Source of the DNA: Oikopleura dioica
Taxonomy: Eukaryota; Animalia; Chordata
Direction: 5' to 3'
Assembly (NCBI GenBank): GCA_907165135.1
Contig: OU015566.1
Coordinates: 10,664,001 to 10,728,000 of the forward strand
Length of the DNA stretch: 64,000 bases
Shown: positions 14,294 through 28,003 of the stretch, piece by piece
Position numbering within the stretch: the stretch's first letter is position 1
How the letters are laid out: each line of letters starts with the position of its first letter
Notes under the pieces: generated by a model
Told to the model about the DNA's origin: nothing
Databases searched by the model: none
The model's input: only the letters and a program-made list of their open reading frames with translations
Translations under genes and position numbers: made by a program

Positions 14294-14873
14294 TTACGCC
14301 AGCATCTGCACAAACTCATCATAGTTGACTTTTCCATCGCCGTCAATATCCACATTTCGGATCATTTCGATGATTTCCTTGTCAGAAACATCATCGCCAA
14401 GCTCTTTGAGGATTTCTCTGAGCTCCTTGGTTGAAATGAAGCCATTTCCGTCTTTGTCGAAAACTCTGAAGATAGTCAATAAAAAGCATTTTTTTCGTCG
14501 AATACCTAAAAACGGCGCGGATAGCTTCTTCTCCTTCTTCGTCACGATTAAAGTTCGCCATCAATTTGATGAACTCGAAGAAGTCAATGATTCCATTTCC
14601 GTCGGCGTCGTATTTTTGCACAGCGTCCTAAAATACTTCATAGAAAAAAGACTTGTCAAGAAAATTTCAACCTCAATTTGCTGATTGGAAAGGTCTTTCT
14701 TGGACTCCTTTAGTACAGTCGCAAGCTCTGCAGTCGTAACAGTCCCATCTTCATTCTTGTCGTATTTTTTAAAGGTTTCCTGGTAGTGCTTGAGTTTTTC
14801 CTCCCCAAGCTAGTGAAAAATGTTATTTGCAAAAAATTCGGCTTTATAAAACCTTTTGAATATCGATGCTCAT
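14294..14873 (-). CDS. Calmodulin-like 4-EF-hand protein (4 exons)
   Basis: Spliced ORF MSIDIQK|[16 protein letters not shown]... with four EF loops: [48 protein letters not shown]. Three ~40-nt GT-AG introns. Too divergent to be canonical calmodulin. Confidence 0.9.
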
Positions 14874-17800
14874 TTTCTCTGCGTAGCGTTGAATATAAAT
14901 CGATTTATTTCCTGAAAAAAACAGCTCAGACTTAGCCTATGAATGACTCAACTTCCGTTTTCAAGTCCCCCTGGTCCCCCTTCACTACTTGAGTCTCTTC
15001 GACTCCTAGGCGACTACTAAAGCGGAATTCCCGAGTTCGTGCGTCCAGTACCCCATTAACATGCCATGAGAACTCAGCCCAGGAAGCTTGTCCACGCTAG
15101 AATTGCTCTTGACTCTATAATTTCGAAATTGAACGTGTGTGCCCTTGCTTTTCGGTTCAATCATGAACCGCTAAAAAGTTGAAGAGTAAATCTAGGGTAA
15201 TCCGTGCTTATTTCTAGTAACTGGGTCAGTTCAGTGGAAGTCTTAGATTTCCGCGCTTTTCTGGGGAGAGTTTTGACTCAAAGAAAAATAGAATTTTCTC
15301 AAGAACAGAACCTTGGAGAGAACCTCTCGCCCTTTTCCAAGCTCCTTATTGACAATAAGTTATTGTTCAACTTTATATAAGTCTGTGTATCCCATATTAT
15401 GACAACCTGGCCCTTGACATTTGCGGTAAAGTTGAAAGGCCTCTACATCTCCTATTTACACTCCGGACATGATTGGAATGCCGCGCCCGCTGACCTTGGC
15501 AGACTTTCAACCTCCCCTTTCTTCTTTCAAAGAAAAATCCGAAAAGTAGAAGTTCTAGCGCGCGCCACTTCCAGCGACCAGCCGCAGGTTGATATCGGCA
15601 GCTCGCCAACTGGGAGGGAAGCCAACGCGTTACGGTTACACTCGCAAGGTGTGCTTTTGACTTTTTGAGAAAGCGGAACCGAGTTATGTCATGATAACGA
15701 GATACCGTGCTTGTCTAACTGCCCGCGAACTTCTCTGCCAAAAAAGATGCAAATGAAATCCATTTTTTCAAATACCTTACAAAACAGCCCCCAAATTTTA
15801 AGTCTTTATTTTTAACAGAAAACCTTTGAAACCTTTGAGTGACTTTCAGGTTTTCTCGCGGTGACAGTTCTGAGGCAATCCGATTAACTCCGAGAGGTGT
15901 GAGGTAAAACATTCCCGATTCCTGAGATAACCAGGAATAATATCAGAAACGGATTACCAAACAATAAAATAAATCCAATATCGTTCATTAAAATTTAAAC
16001 CCTCCCTTTTTATCCGGAAAAACTGCCCGTTTCTGCAAATAAACTTACTCCACGGACCCTTTCCAATAGAAAACCATGGTTCAGATGAACATAGAAAGAC
16101 AGGAGAACATATCTTGGGTCTAGAATTTTATGAAGCGAATTTAAAGCCAATTAAATCTTCATCAATCCTCCCCAGAACCGATCAAACCAGTCCTTTATAA
16201 AAAGAGATTGAAAGCTAAGTGACTTCGATTGATGTAAATTCGCCCAAAAATCGGATATTAATGAATTGAATTTTTCTGCCCCTAAGGAGTCGGTAATGGC
16301 AGTGGGCGAAATTGCAAAATTTGGCGGTTCACGCGTGACGAGCTGCAGACCTGGAAATCGTCACGCAACATTGAGGAGGAAGAGCGCAAGCGGCGGTCAA
16401 TTCCACTTTCGAGGGAAACTTGAATTCTAGCGCTTTGTTATGTTAAATGGCGCGCAACGCCGATCAACTTGCATAAGAGCGCTTCTTACCGGCTTACCGG
16501 GAACTTGGAATTTACCTGCTCCTTACTTTAATCTTTTTGGCTTATTCTCTGAGAATATTGTCAAGACTTGACAAGAGTTCCAGTTAGGCTACTGAGTCGT
16601 AAACGGTCTCCAGAAATTACAAGCGTCGTGAAGCAGAATACGTCGTCTAAAAACACCTTTCTTCTAACCCTTTATTCCTCCTAAACTTTAACAAGCTTTA
16701 CGACTCATTATAAAAATAAGCAAAACACGGTAGCCCTATTTGTCTCTTTTTCGACTGATGTGTTCGTTGGAAATAGTGAAGTGTTCATTTCGTGTGTATA
16801 TTTAATCGCCATGTTATCCCCAAATCTCTATTATGATGAGCATTATCAATTCGTGCGTTTTGTGTATTGTACTTGCTATAAACATTTCGGGCCACTGGAA
16901 AGCGCGAATTAGTGTGAGCTTTCCCTTTGTTTGGAGCCAAATTAAGCCACGCGTGCGTTTCAAGGTTAAATCTCGTTTTAACTCAACAATACTACGTATC
17001 AGGCAATTAGGGATTAGTAGACAATTCGGGGGAACCCATTGATAAGGAATGACACTTGAATAATTAAACGACCGGGGTTATTTTTTATGAGAAAATGGGC
17101 ATACAAACGGCTGGTCATTGTTGATGAGATTGAGTTGACTACCCCGTTTAGGGTTCAAAAGTGCTGAAAAGAGAGAGACAGTTCATGCATACTGTCTACG
17201 ATACTTACTCTCAATTATCGAAATTAATTATGATTAGAGTAAATCCAAATACTTAAACGAGTTCGACTGATTGTGGTCTCTAAACTTATGTTCTTAAATT
17301 AAGACAAATTATTTGTTTCGCACATTTCAAGAATCGACATCTTTAGTGGAATCTAACTTGATGTGTTTGTACAGCAGCCTATTCTCAAGAAATAGTAAGT
17401 GTGTAGACTCATTCAGGTTAGATCCAATCGGTTTGGTAAGTTTACGAAGACTACCCCAGTAGGGGTTACAAAAGTCAGACAGTTCATGCGGCATGCAACT
17501 ATCCGTTCTGGTGATTTGTTATTAAAGGGAGATCATAAAGAAATCATTCTTGCAAGTTAAAGATGCGATTATGGTTGCTATTACTTCCAACGAATTTCAA
17601 GAATTGAAGATTTTAACGATCAGAACGCAGAGATAAATTAAAACTAACAAGAATTCTGTTCAAAAGATGATTTAGAATTCGTAATAGTTTGTTTTTGGCG
17701 GTGGCTTGTTTCTTGGATGGGTTCCTATTTAGGCAACGGAACTGGACCCGCGCTTCAAAATTGAGTTGAACATTGGGCTCGTAATCCAACCCTCAGAGCC

Positions 17801-18934
17801 AGTGTGGTGGTGCGGTGCTGGCTACTCCAAGGCTAGTGCGATTACGCTATTCTACTCCGCCAAGCGCTACGTCAGCGAAAAGAAGATCTAAATTATTTCA
17901 ATCGCTATTTTGGATATAAAACCAGTACAAGCTCTTTGACAAATACTATTGTAAGAAGATAATATCTATTATCAAAATAATTGTTAACAAGTAAATTATA
18001 AAAATGTTTCGAAATAGTTTTTTGTCCGTCAAATATTCAATCAATATTCCCGACACAAATCTGGCCAGCTTTGGTGAACGATTCACCGTAAATCCAGTAC
18101 TAAAAGTTATGAACAAGTAATATGAAGTGCAGTTTATAATGTAATTTTTTCAGGTATATTTCTGGCATTGAGAGGTATCTTTTTCTGATAAAAAAATATG
18201 CCTTCCTTATTATCGTAAGCCAATTTTCATAGAAACAGCTGATTTCAGAAATAACAATTTTCTGCGCTTTATGACTGTAAATATATTTTGATATTAACTG
18301 TATCTTTGTTAAAATAACAAGACACTTAATCTTACTGTCTTAAACCTGTACAAAAATGAGTTAACGGCAAGCATTACTGTCAAGGTTATTTCTAGCGCTC
18401 GGGTGTAGTAGCTAGCGATTACGCTATCGTTCACCTTGCCTGATTCTGGGTGGTGGTGGTGCTGACTGAAACGCGGGGGCGAGAGCGCGCTAGCTAGTAA
18501 AGCGCGGGGTCTAAGTAAGTGCCGATGACTTAGAACAGATTTGAGGAGCTGGAACTCGGAGAAGCGCGCACGCGAGCGCCGACGCCACAGCACCACCACG
18601 ACCGCGGACCTGGCAATGCTCAATTCATAGCGGGTCAGTTATCAAATCAGAAACGCAACGTGAACACACACAACCAAAAGCAATTTCTAAAAACTACTCT
18701 TTTTATACAACCCAAAAATCGAGATTAACGAAAAACCCTGAAAACAGATATTAACCAAAAGAAAAAACGGACGACGAAATTTCCAACGGACAAATTTCTA
18801 CAATCATCAAGCAGAAAACCTCTTTGATTAAACCAATCGGTAGCAATCTCAAATAATTTCTTTTAATTCAACTTGCTTGAATTAAAAGCCCAGGAGCAAT
18901 AATCTAACGAGAACCTTTAGAAGAAAAAATAATC

Positions 18935-19759
18935 ATGACCGAACATATCGAAGAAATCGCCACTAACCACTCAGACTCCGGCTGCGGCGGATCCTCTGGA
19001 GGCGAATCTCCACAACGAGAGAAACTCACCTTTGATGTTCGACTAAAGGCTGAGCCTGAAGAGCATATGCAGGTTTCAATGCCACAACAAGACAACAGCT
19101 CGGAACACAGCGGTGACTCTCGGCGAAAGCGAAACTTCGTCGACGACAAGGATAAGGACGAGTCTTACTGGGTCAAGAGAAAGAAGAACAATGAGGCCGC
19201 TAGACGATCCCGAGAAAAACGACGAATGAATGATCTTCTCCTCGAGCAACGAGTCGTTTCTTTGACTGAAGAAAACAAACAGCTCAAGGGACAGCTCTTG
19301 GCGCTCAAACTTCGATATGGTGAACTTGAAGAGTTCAAGCCCAAGTCCGCCTATGAAAAGCCCGGACAGCTCTTCACTAATCGCAATGGAGATACTTCCG
19401 CTACCGTCCTCGTCAATTCTCCTGAACATCTCGCTCAGCATCTTCAGGCCCGCGCCGCTGCCGCTCATCATCATCACATGGCCATGAACCATCAGGCTCC
19501 TTCCTCGCCACCCAAGAAAAGTGGAGGCTTTTCCATCGATAACCTGCTCGGCAAGAGCTCCTCTGACGAAGAAATGGAGACCAACCGACCTCCATCGACC
19601 GATTCGGGCAATAACTCCGACGATGTCGCTCCTGCCTATCCCGCTGGCTACAGTCACAGTCTGTACAACCCGATGATGTACGCGCACTTGGCGAAATCCT
19701 CTCCTTACCTTCTTAACCCTGCCCTTATGGCACAGCAAAAACTTTACGGTATGAATTGA
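18935..19759 (+). CDS. NFIL3: NFIL3/E4BP4/vrille-type bZIP transcription factor, intronless, 274 aa
   Basis: [57 protein letters not shown] matches the NFIL3 basic-zipper signature (REKRR.ND..LE; L..LKL..G), recalled from the family. Confidence 0.88.
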   Translation: MTEHIEEIATNHSDSGCGGSSGGESPQREKLTFDVRLKAEPEEHMQVSMPQQDNSSEHSGDSRRKRNFVDDKDKDESYWVKRKKNNEAARRSREKRRMNDLLLEQRVVSLTEENKQLKGQLLALKLRYGELEEFKPKSAYEKPGQLFTNRNGDTSATVLVNSPEHLAQHLQARAAAAHHHHMAMNHQAPSSPPKKSGGFSIDNLLGKSSSDEEMETNRPPSTDSGNNSDDVAPAYPAGYSHSLYNPMMYAHLAKSSPYLLNPALMAQQKLYGMN

Positions 19760-22027
19760 GACACCCATGGGGATCGATGTTTTTATACCTCCAGTAATAA
19801 CATAACCAAGCACAATGTATAATGTACAGTTCTGAAAAAAAGATTGGCGCATCGCTCACACGCCTAAATTTTGCACATATTACCCCACTGCCGAATAGCG
19901 AAAATCGTGTTCCATGTAAATAGAACATATTTAAACATTTTTAACCCATTGCCGACAACGTTGAACCTCGCACGTTGAGCGCGCGCTGGATTTTTCAAGG
20001 TTAAAGAGGTTAAAAACAACTTTATGGGGTAACGTGGCTAGTGTAAGGAACTGGATAAACATTTGGAGCGATTATAAGACATAATTCGGCCCCCATGGGA
20101 ACTCGATTTATTTTCTATATGCGATGTCCACTGTCTAACTTTTACCTACCTATCACTTCTTTAACCTACGACGCATTCATAGGTTAACCCTGATGTGCCT
20201 TAACCATAAAGTGTAACCATTCTATTGGCTGTGCTAGGTCGCGTAACACTGTCCTAATTCTAGGTTTTTCAAGTGCGCCAGTAATACCGCGCGGTCAGCG
20301 TTCTTGGTCTAGTGAAAAAATTCGCCGTCTAAGATGCTAACCGCGCGCTAACAGATCGAAAGGAGTTAGAAATTAACCCCCGCGCTCGGTGTGGTGATAT
20401 ACGCGCCGCGCCGCGGGTGTGGTACCACCTCCTCCTCCGAACGCTTGGTTGAACGGTTCGAAGGAATCGGGCTAGTAATGACCGAACGGTTGGACAAGGA
20501 GCCACTACCACACTGCTCTTCTTCTCACTTCGATCAATAAAGAGCTAACCACCAAAGCTTAGACACATAAAGCAAATTGGTGCTCTGGCTCGTCGGCCGA
20601 CCGAAAAATCCTATCCTTCTGGTAGATGAGACCACATTTGGGACCATTTGAACCGGGGCAGAATCATGTTCGTGAACGACTAAGCCGCCTAAAAACTTTA
20701 ACTTTCAAAAATCATTTTTACATTTCATCACTTCTCATTTTCTGTTTTAAATTATGTTATCTATTTACATTTTCGATCACATATTCTGCTGCAACTTTAC
20801 TTTTGTTCATTTCTTTCCTCGTTATTCTATTTAAATCTGTGAAACAAAAAAAAAACTTGGCAAAAAACTAAATAAAAAGCCCAAAATCATCAAAAAATCA
20901 AGTGTTCTTTCTTAGCACCTGAAATCAAGGAAGAGTAAAGCCATATAATATTTCAATTATAACTAAATCGCAAGTAGCAGGTTCTTGTTGCTAGTCGCTA
21001 GAATAATTCATGAAGCAGAGCAAGAAACGAGCGGTGGTACAAGATTGTAGACTTGCTGACATTTGGGTAATTGAGATTGGGCTTGGTTGTGTTTAAAAAC
21101 AAGCAAGGCGAAAGCTTTGAGACAATAAAAATGGAGCAATTCGATTGAAGTAAGCGAAGGTAAAAATAGAAGTTACGAGTTACTCCGCAAATTTAATTAT
21201 AAATTTGAGTAACGATCAAACATTTAACATTGTGGCCGCTAATTGTCAATTAGTTATTGAAATGAGGAGTGAACCCAACCGACCAGCCAGGGAAAGCACT
21301 CTTTGGGAGAGATGTTTCAGTGGGTATTCACCGTGTGTACAACAAACATGAGCTCGATCAGGCGGCTGCGGGTTAAAATTGGCACCACGGGCATCTGATG
21401 GAACATGCTCGTAGGATTTTCTTTCACACGTTTCGAAATTCAATTAGATTAATCACCAAATTATTGAGAAGGTCTGCCTTGGATGAGGACCGCATAAGAA
21501 AACTTCATCGAAATTTGGGATCTTCGATGCTTGGCAATTTACTCTGTTGAGAGTTAGGCGTTTCGATAGTACTTTCGCGCTAACTTGTATTTTGAACTCT
21601 TCCGAATTCCGGTCCACTTTCCAGAGAATTCGTCCAGCTTTGAAAAGTGACACCGTAGATAAGGAGTTCTTTTCACTTTAGGCCGAATACTTCGAAAGGC
21701 TTAGCTGAAAGCCTTTAGCTTCAGAAAACGTGGAACATTGATATACTGTCGTATTAGATGTCTATCTACAAGCCGTCGTGCTTATTAGGGAAAAACCCGA
21801 ACTTCAGGTCTATCTGCAGAGGGCAGCAGAAGGGATGAAAAGGTCGAAGAAATACATGCCGCGAATTGACCGCGTGGGAGAATCAAGGATCATTCTTTCA
21901 CGTGAATCAAACCTTCAAGCTCTAGCTTTTTCCTAAGTGATCTTTATTCTGGCAAAATACCAAAATCGAAATATTTCTCCGTATTTTCAAGGATCTTTAT
22001 TTTATCAAAATATGAGAATCAGTAGAA

Positions 22028-23342
22028 TTAGAAATCATCGCCAACAGAATTTATTGATACCTAAAAGAACGCAGTCAAAATACTTGTTCAAGCAAGAAAA
22101 CTTACTCTTTTCTTCTCTGGAAGGTCATCTAAGCTTTCTTCTTCTTGGAGATCCGGTAAATGGGCGCTGATCAAGACCAAGTATAGAAATCCCCCCAAAA
22201 AGGATCCTATGATCGGAGCAACAATCGGTATCCAGAAAAAGTATTCAGCTGCAGTGAAAACATAGTCCCCATAAAGCATCGCAGAGAAAAGTCGAGGGCC
22301 GAGATCTCGGGCAGGGTTGATGGCGTATCCACAGTTTGAGCCAAAGCAGAGACCGATGGCCATAACAACCATGCCGACCAAAAGAGGTCTGAACTAATTT
22401 TAGACTCCCAAAGTTCTCAAATGGGGTAGTTCAAACTATTTAAATTTTTACGAAGGATCTTTACGATGATATACAGTCAGTTCGGACACGACTCTGACGT
22501 TATCACTTCGCAAATATTATCTTTAAACCAGAATGTACTTGATTAGCTCTACATTTGAGAAAGATAGAACGGTAAATAGCTATTGGAACTTACACAAAGC
22601 CAGAATGCGGCTTGGAATTTCGACCGTCGGTGATGGATGAGACGATAAACACAAGAAACATTGTTCCGAAAAGTTGGTCAGCAAATAGCGTTCCTGTAGT
22701 GGGTTCTTCCACTACTAGTATGGGTTGTGACGGGTCTGGTTTGACTTGATACGTTGTCGGATAGGTACAATAAACTCCAGCTACTGCAGAAACTCCTGGA
22801 AAAATAATTTGAACGAAGAATACTCGAAACTTTCGAGTCCAAAGGACTTTATACCTTGTTCTTGCTCAACAAGATTCAAGTACTGTCCGTAAACGAAATA
22901 TACGGGAATTCCACTTAAAAAGCCGCCCAAGAACTGGCCGCAAATATACACAAGTGCAGTTCCAACGCTCATGCGCCCGAGAATAACTTCTGTGATCGTC
23001 ACCGCTGGATTAATATGCCCTCCTATTTATAAAAATTAACCACCAATTATGGGCAATAATTATTGTACCGGAGGCAGCAGCGGAAACATAAACACCAAAA
23101 GCGCATGCGAAGCCGTAAGCAAAGTTGATGTCGATAAAATATGCACCATTCATGATATTTTGAGCCACTGATGAGTTGCCTAGTGCGCAAAGGACGAAGA
23201 CTCCCATGCACTCGCCAAGAAACGCGGCTAACAAAGGCTTCTGTTGATCGAATTTTTAAATTATTAATTAAAAAATAACAGCTCAGATGTTTACTCTCTG
23301 AACTCGTTCCTTTTTGATGCAGTTTCTTATCGCTCTCTCCAT
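22028..23342 (-). CDS. Aquaglyceroporin (AQP3/7/9/10-like), multi-exon
   Basis: GGHINPAVT and GYAINPARDLGPRLF motifs; the Asp after the second NPAR marks glycerol channels. Hydrophobic exons are joined by short GT-AG introns. The last exon (VSINSVGDDF*, 22028-22060) is inferred from a gtaagt donor at ~22104. Confidence 0.9.
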
Positions 23343-25605
23343 AATAAAGTGTTTCTCTTTATATTTTCGACGGAAAATTTCAGCCTTGGAATCTTTTTGG
23401 ATCTGTGAAAGTAACAGATAGGGCCAGAAACTCAGTGGGTAGAATAAATACGCTCGAGCGTCAAACTTCTTCTTGCTGATCCTAGACAAACACTAAAATC
23501 GGTACTCGTTCTTTGCCCAGTTTTTGAAGAAATTTTTGGGATTTCCGTGTGTAAATTTTGACGTATCCGAACTCGAAGTCGGATAGAACTAGTTTCCGAT
23601 GGAAGTTTTTAATAAAGAATAGTTTCAAGGGTGACGATAGAATGGGCCCTAATTTATCTTTAAATGTCTACCGGAAATAACGCAGCGAAGTTTTTATACC
23701 TCTGTTTTTACGTTGATTGAATTCTTCTGACCCATTTTCGAACTTATAAAAGTTCCGTGTTTACTAGAGCTTCCTCCGCCAGATTGTCAGTCCTTGTTGA
23801 GTTTTCAAACATCGTCGATTCCAGATGAATAAAAGTCTTCCTTCTTGCTGAGATTTCAATTACGGAAAAATTTCATCAGTAATTTTCTAACACTAGTTGA
23901 TTTGTCGCATTTTACAATTGATTTGTTAGCTGGCATTTCGGAAAGACCCGCAAGTATTTCTTGGGCATTTACTGAAAACTAACCGTAACAAACCTTCCGC
24001 GGGGGTTCAATGGAACATCAATGAGTCAATGATTCAGGCGAAGAAGAAGTTAGAATTTTCGACCTCTTAATTCGACTCCCAGGTAGTAGAACTAAGTAGG
24101 ACTCTCAAGAAACGCACGATGTATTTGGGGCATTTGAGCATTCACGTTCAACCAAACACTGTCGACTTTAAAGTGAACGAGCGGAAATGTCTTCGAGGAC
24201 CCCATCAAGAACTTGTATTCTCAAGACTATTTTAGAACACTTCAGTTTTTAAATTTATTTACTATTGGCTGAAATCTAATAATCTATCGTTTCGATGTCG
24301 TTACTCTAGCAGCATATTTTCTTCACTGGAGATCAGAAAGTTTCAACACTCAATAGAATTTAAAAAAGAATCATTTTATAAACTGACTTTCATATCATAT
24401 GCGAAGCTGCTGCAGTCTTTATACCCTCTTTGTTCACGCTCTAGTTCTTCAAATTTCTAGAGCAAGACACTGCAGAAAATCCGGCCTAGTTTTTAACCTG
24501 CTTAGGGTAATCTCTTTCTCTTGAAAGTTCATCCCTCAGACGCAGCGTATTCTGTCTCATCTTCAGCTCATTTTGATTTTTGAAAGTACTAGACTCGGGA
24601 TGGATCGGAATTCTGGGCGACCTGGGAAAGCTCCAGTCGCCCGCGTAAATTCGACCTCCTCAAGATTACGTGACAGCGCCCGCCACCGTGGAATTCGTAA
24701 TAAAGATATTATTGAAGAATTCTCCGCCTCCACCGAATCAGCAGCCTACGAGTTTGCGCCGCAGCGGGGGCTTATCACTGATCAAGTTATGGAAATCGTG
24801 GAGTTAGATTTCCTTCGAATAACTTATTCGGGGCGACTGTCGACTTGAAGCTGGATTATGCACGTTTAAAAAAGAAGAAGACGGTAGCGACGCTAGAATC
24901 CATCGGGCCGACCTTTTGAGCCTATCTACGTATCGATAAGAGCTAGAGCTTCCCCAAAGAGCTAAATGAAGCTTCTGAAGCTTGCTTAGAGCCAGATAAT
25001 CCATAAAAACTCTCCATTAAGAATTTAAGATAAGTTCTATCTTCACTTCCGGGAAATATAAACGACTGGGAAACGTAAAAAAAAGATAAGAAGAGGTAGA
25101 CCTTCGAAAGAATTTTCAAAATAACGTGATAAAGTGGAGCACGGTATCTGATGAATTCAGAGTTTCGAGCGGATTTTCACAACGGTTAAAAGCAAAACGC
25201 TAGCATTTCTTTTCCCGAGTCAAGATAGGGTATCTTATTTTCCACGTCGGTCAAAATAATTCAAAGCAAGAATAATTAGTTGATTTTTTTTCTTTAGAAT
25301 AATGCTCTAAAAAAAGATGTTCTCTAAGATAATAACCCAGCTCAAAGTAGTAACGAAAAAGGCGTCTTTTAGTTCCCTAGCAACGCGCTTGAGACCCTGT
25401 TTGATTTTTACTCATTTAGAGATTGTTCCTTACCTTTATTTCCCCGCAGCTCTAGAACTCTGAGGGACAAACACAAGCCCCAGGGCGAAACAAAAAATTG
25501 CAACCCGAGAAAGTTGGAAAAAGTAGAGATCGTTTCTAGAACGCGTCCCTAGAAGTTGATTTTTGAAAAAACAATCGTCAGTCGTCTGAAAGAGCCCCCT
25601 TCGAC

Positions 25606-27817
25606 ATGAGCCAGCGACAAGTTTTGCTCGGTAAGTACAATTTTTACAGAAATTCTGGATGATAACTATTTACTCTCTAATGAAAATAGATTAAAATGCA
25701 AAATATCATTAAATTTTCTTCAGTTTTCGAGCAGTATCAGAAAGCGCGGACCGAGTTTGTCCAAACTGTGGCCGAATTATCAACTCGACCACAGAATATT
25801 GAGACGCTCCAGGCCACTGGTGTTATGCAGCTTCTGCGACCACTTCTTCTCGACGTTGTTCCCGTAAGTTTTTATAGCAACCTAACCCAATCTTAGCGTT
25901 CATTCAGACCGTCCAGCAGACAGCTGCTCTCGCCCTTGGCCGACTCGCCAACTACAACGATGACTTGGCCGAGGCCGTCGTCAAATCGGACATTCTCCCG
26001 CAGCTCGTGTACTCGCTCGCCGAGCAGAACCGCTTCTACAAGAAGGCCGCCGCGTTTGTTCTCCGCGCTGTTGCCAAACACTCCCCCCAGCTTGCCCAGA
26101 CTGTAAGTTTTCTTCTCCAAAAGAATGATAGCATCGATTGCTTTTAGGTTGTTGACTGCGGTGCACTTGATGCCCTGGTCATTTGCCTCGAAGAATTCGA
26201 TCCCGGTGTGAAAGAAGCCGCCGCCTGGGCCCTTGGATACATCGCCCGCCACAACGATGAGCTTGCTCAGGTATAAAATTTTTTATGTCGTGTCTTACAT
26301 TTTCATAGGCTGTTGTTGATGCTGGAGCAGTGCCCCTCCTCGTCCTCTGCATCCAAGAGCCAGAATTGAGCTTGAAGCGCATCGCCGCATCTGCTCTCTC
26401 CGACATCTGCAAACACTCCCCCGAGCTCGCTCAGACCGTTGTGGATGCTGGTGCTATTGCTCATCTTGCTCAGGTAATCCTAATCCCGCATTTGCTCAGA
26501 AACACACCCGCCTAGGCGCATTAGCCAGAAATTGAAAGTTTATATTGACTTGATCCGATGCTATAGAAAGGAGCTTTCTGCGTTCAAAAAACTCCACTTG
26601 TGAAAATCTTCTAAATTCACGCTGTAATTGTATCTCTTTTAGATGATCCTCAACCCAGACTCGAAGCTCAAGCGACAGGTTCTCTCCGCTTTCGCGCAGA
26701 TTTCCAAGCACTCTGTTGAGCTCGCCGAGCTCGTCGTCGAGGCGGAGATCTTCCCCGCTGTCCTCACTTGCTTGAAGGTAAATTTAGACTCTTGTGCGGA
26801 TTTAAATTTTGAATTAGGATAGCCACGAAGTTGTGATCAAAAACACCGCCACTTTGATCCGAGAGATCGCCAAGCACACTCCCGAGCTCTGCCAGCTCAT
26901 CATGAACGCTGGTGGTGTTGCCGCTGTCGTTGACTACATTGGCGACACTAAAGGAAACGTCCGACTTCCAGGTGAAGCTTGAAACACCTGAAAACCGGAC
27001 GATTGAATTTTTAGGAATTATGATGCTTGGATACGTCGCCGCTCACTCCGAAACCCTCGCTATGGCAGTCATCGTCTCCAAGGGTGTTAACCAGTTGGCC
27101 ATCATCCTTTCCGATGAGCAAGAAGACCACATCAAGGCCGCCACCGTCTGGGCCTTGGGACAGATTGGCCGACACACGCCCGAGCACGCTAAGGCCATTG
27201 CTGTGTCCAACGTATTACCAAAGTAATTTGGAAAATAATCTTACAATGCTAACGCTATCTTAGATTGCTTCAATCGTACATTTCCCCGGATAGCAGTGAA
27301 GATTTGCAAACAAAGAGCAAAAAGGCATTGAAAAATATTCTACAAAAATGTGTGTACTTGCCCGCCCTCGAACCTCTCCTCCAGGAAGCTCCTCCAAATA
27401 TACTCAAGCACGTTGTTGCCCAGTATAGCAAGGTAAGTTCAACCATTTCAACTTGAGTGCTCATCGATTTAGGTTCTCCCCAACGATCCATCAGCCCGAA
27501 GAATGTTCGTTACTTCTGGTGGCTTGAAAAAGATTCAAGAGATTCGAGCTGAGCCAGGCAGCGCCCTCCAGGAGCATATTCAAGAAATCAACAAGGTGAG
27601 TCAAGAACAAGGTCAAATTAAATCGGCTAGAGCGATGTGGAGATATTCAAAGTGATTAAATCAACAAAGAAAACCTCCAAAATCTTATCAAGATAATAAT
27701 AATTATTTTTAGTGCTTCCCCGAAGAAATCGTGCGTTACTACTCGCCCGGATACTCGGAAGCCCTCCTCCAACGCGTCGAAGGCTTCAAACCATCAACGG
27801 AGATGCAGACAAGCTAA
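25606..27817 (+). CDS. SPAG6: Sperm-associated antigen 6 (PF16), ARM-repeat axonemal central-pair protein
   Basis: MSQRQVL|VFEQYQKARTEFVQTVAELSTRPQNIETLQ ... SLAEQNRFYKKAAAFVLRAVAKHSPQLAQ ... FPEEIVRYYSPGYSEALLQRV: high identity to SPAG6 as recalled. All introns are GT-AG. Confidence 0.97.
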
Positions 27818-28003
27818 CTCACATGCGCATTTATATGACTCATTGCTCTATTTCTATAAAAATATAAATATTTTCCTAACATAATGAAAAAAATCAAATC
27901 TGGCCCAAAGCAAGTCCGAGAGTCACTGGTTGACAAATAGTGACTTGCTTTGTCCATTCGTGTTCTTTGTTGTTGTTTATGATTATTGAGTTATCATTAG
28001 AGA

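Noticed and set aside
19076-19852. 258-aa antisense ORF over the bZIP gene
   Set aside because: Shadow ORF from codon bias of the sense gene; no independent features.
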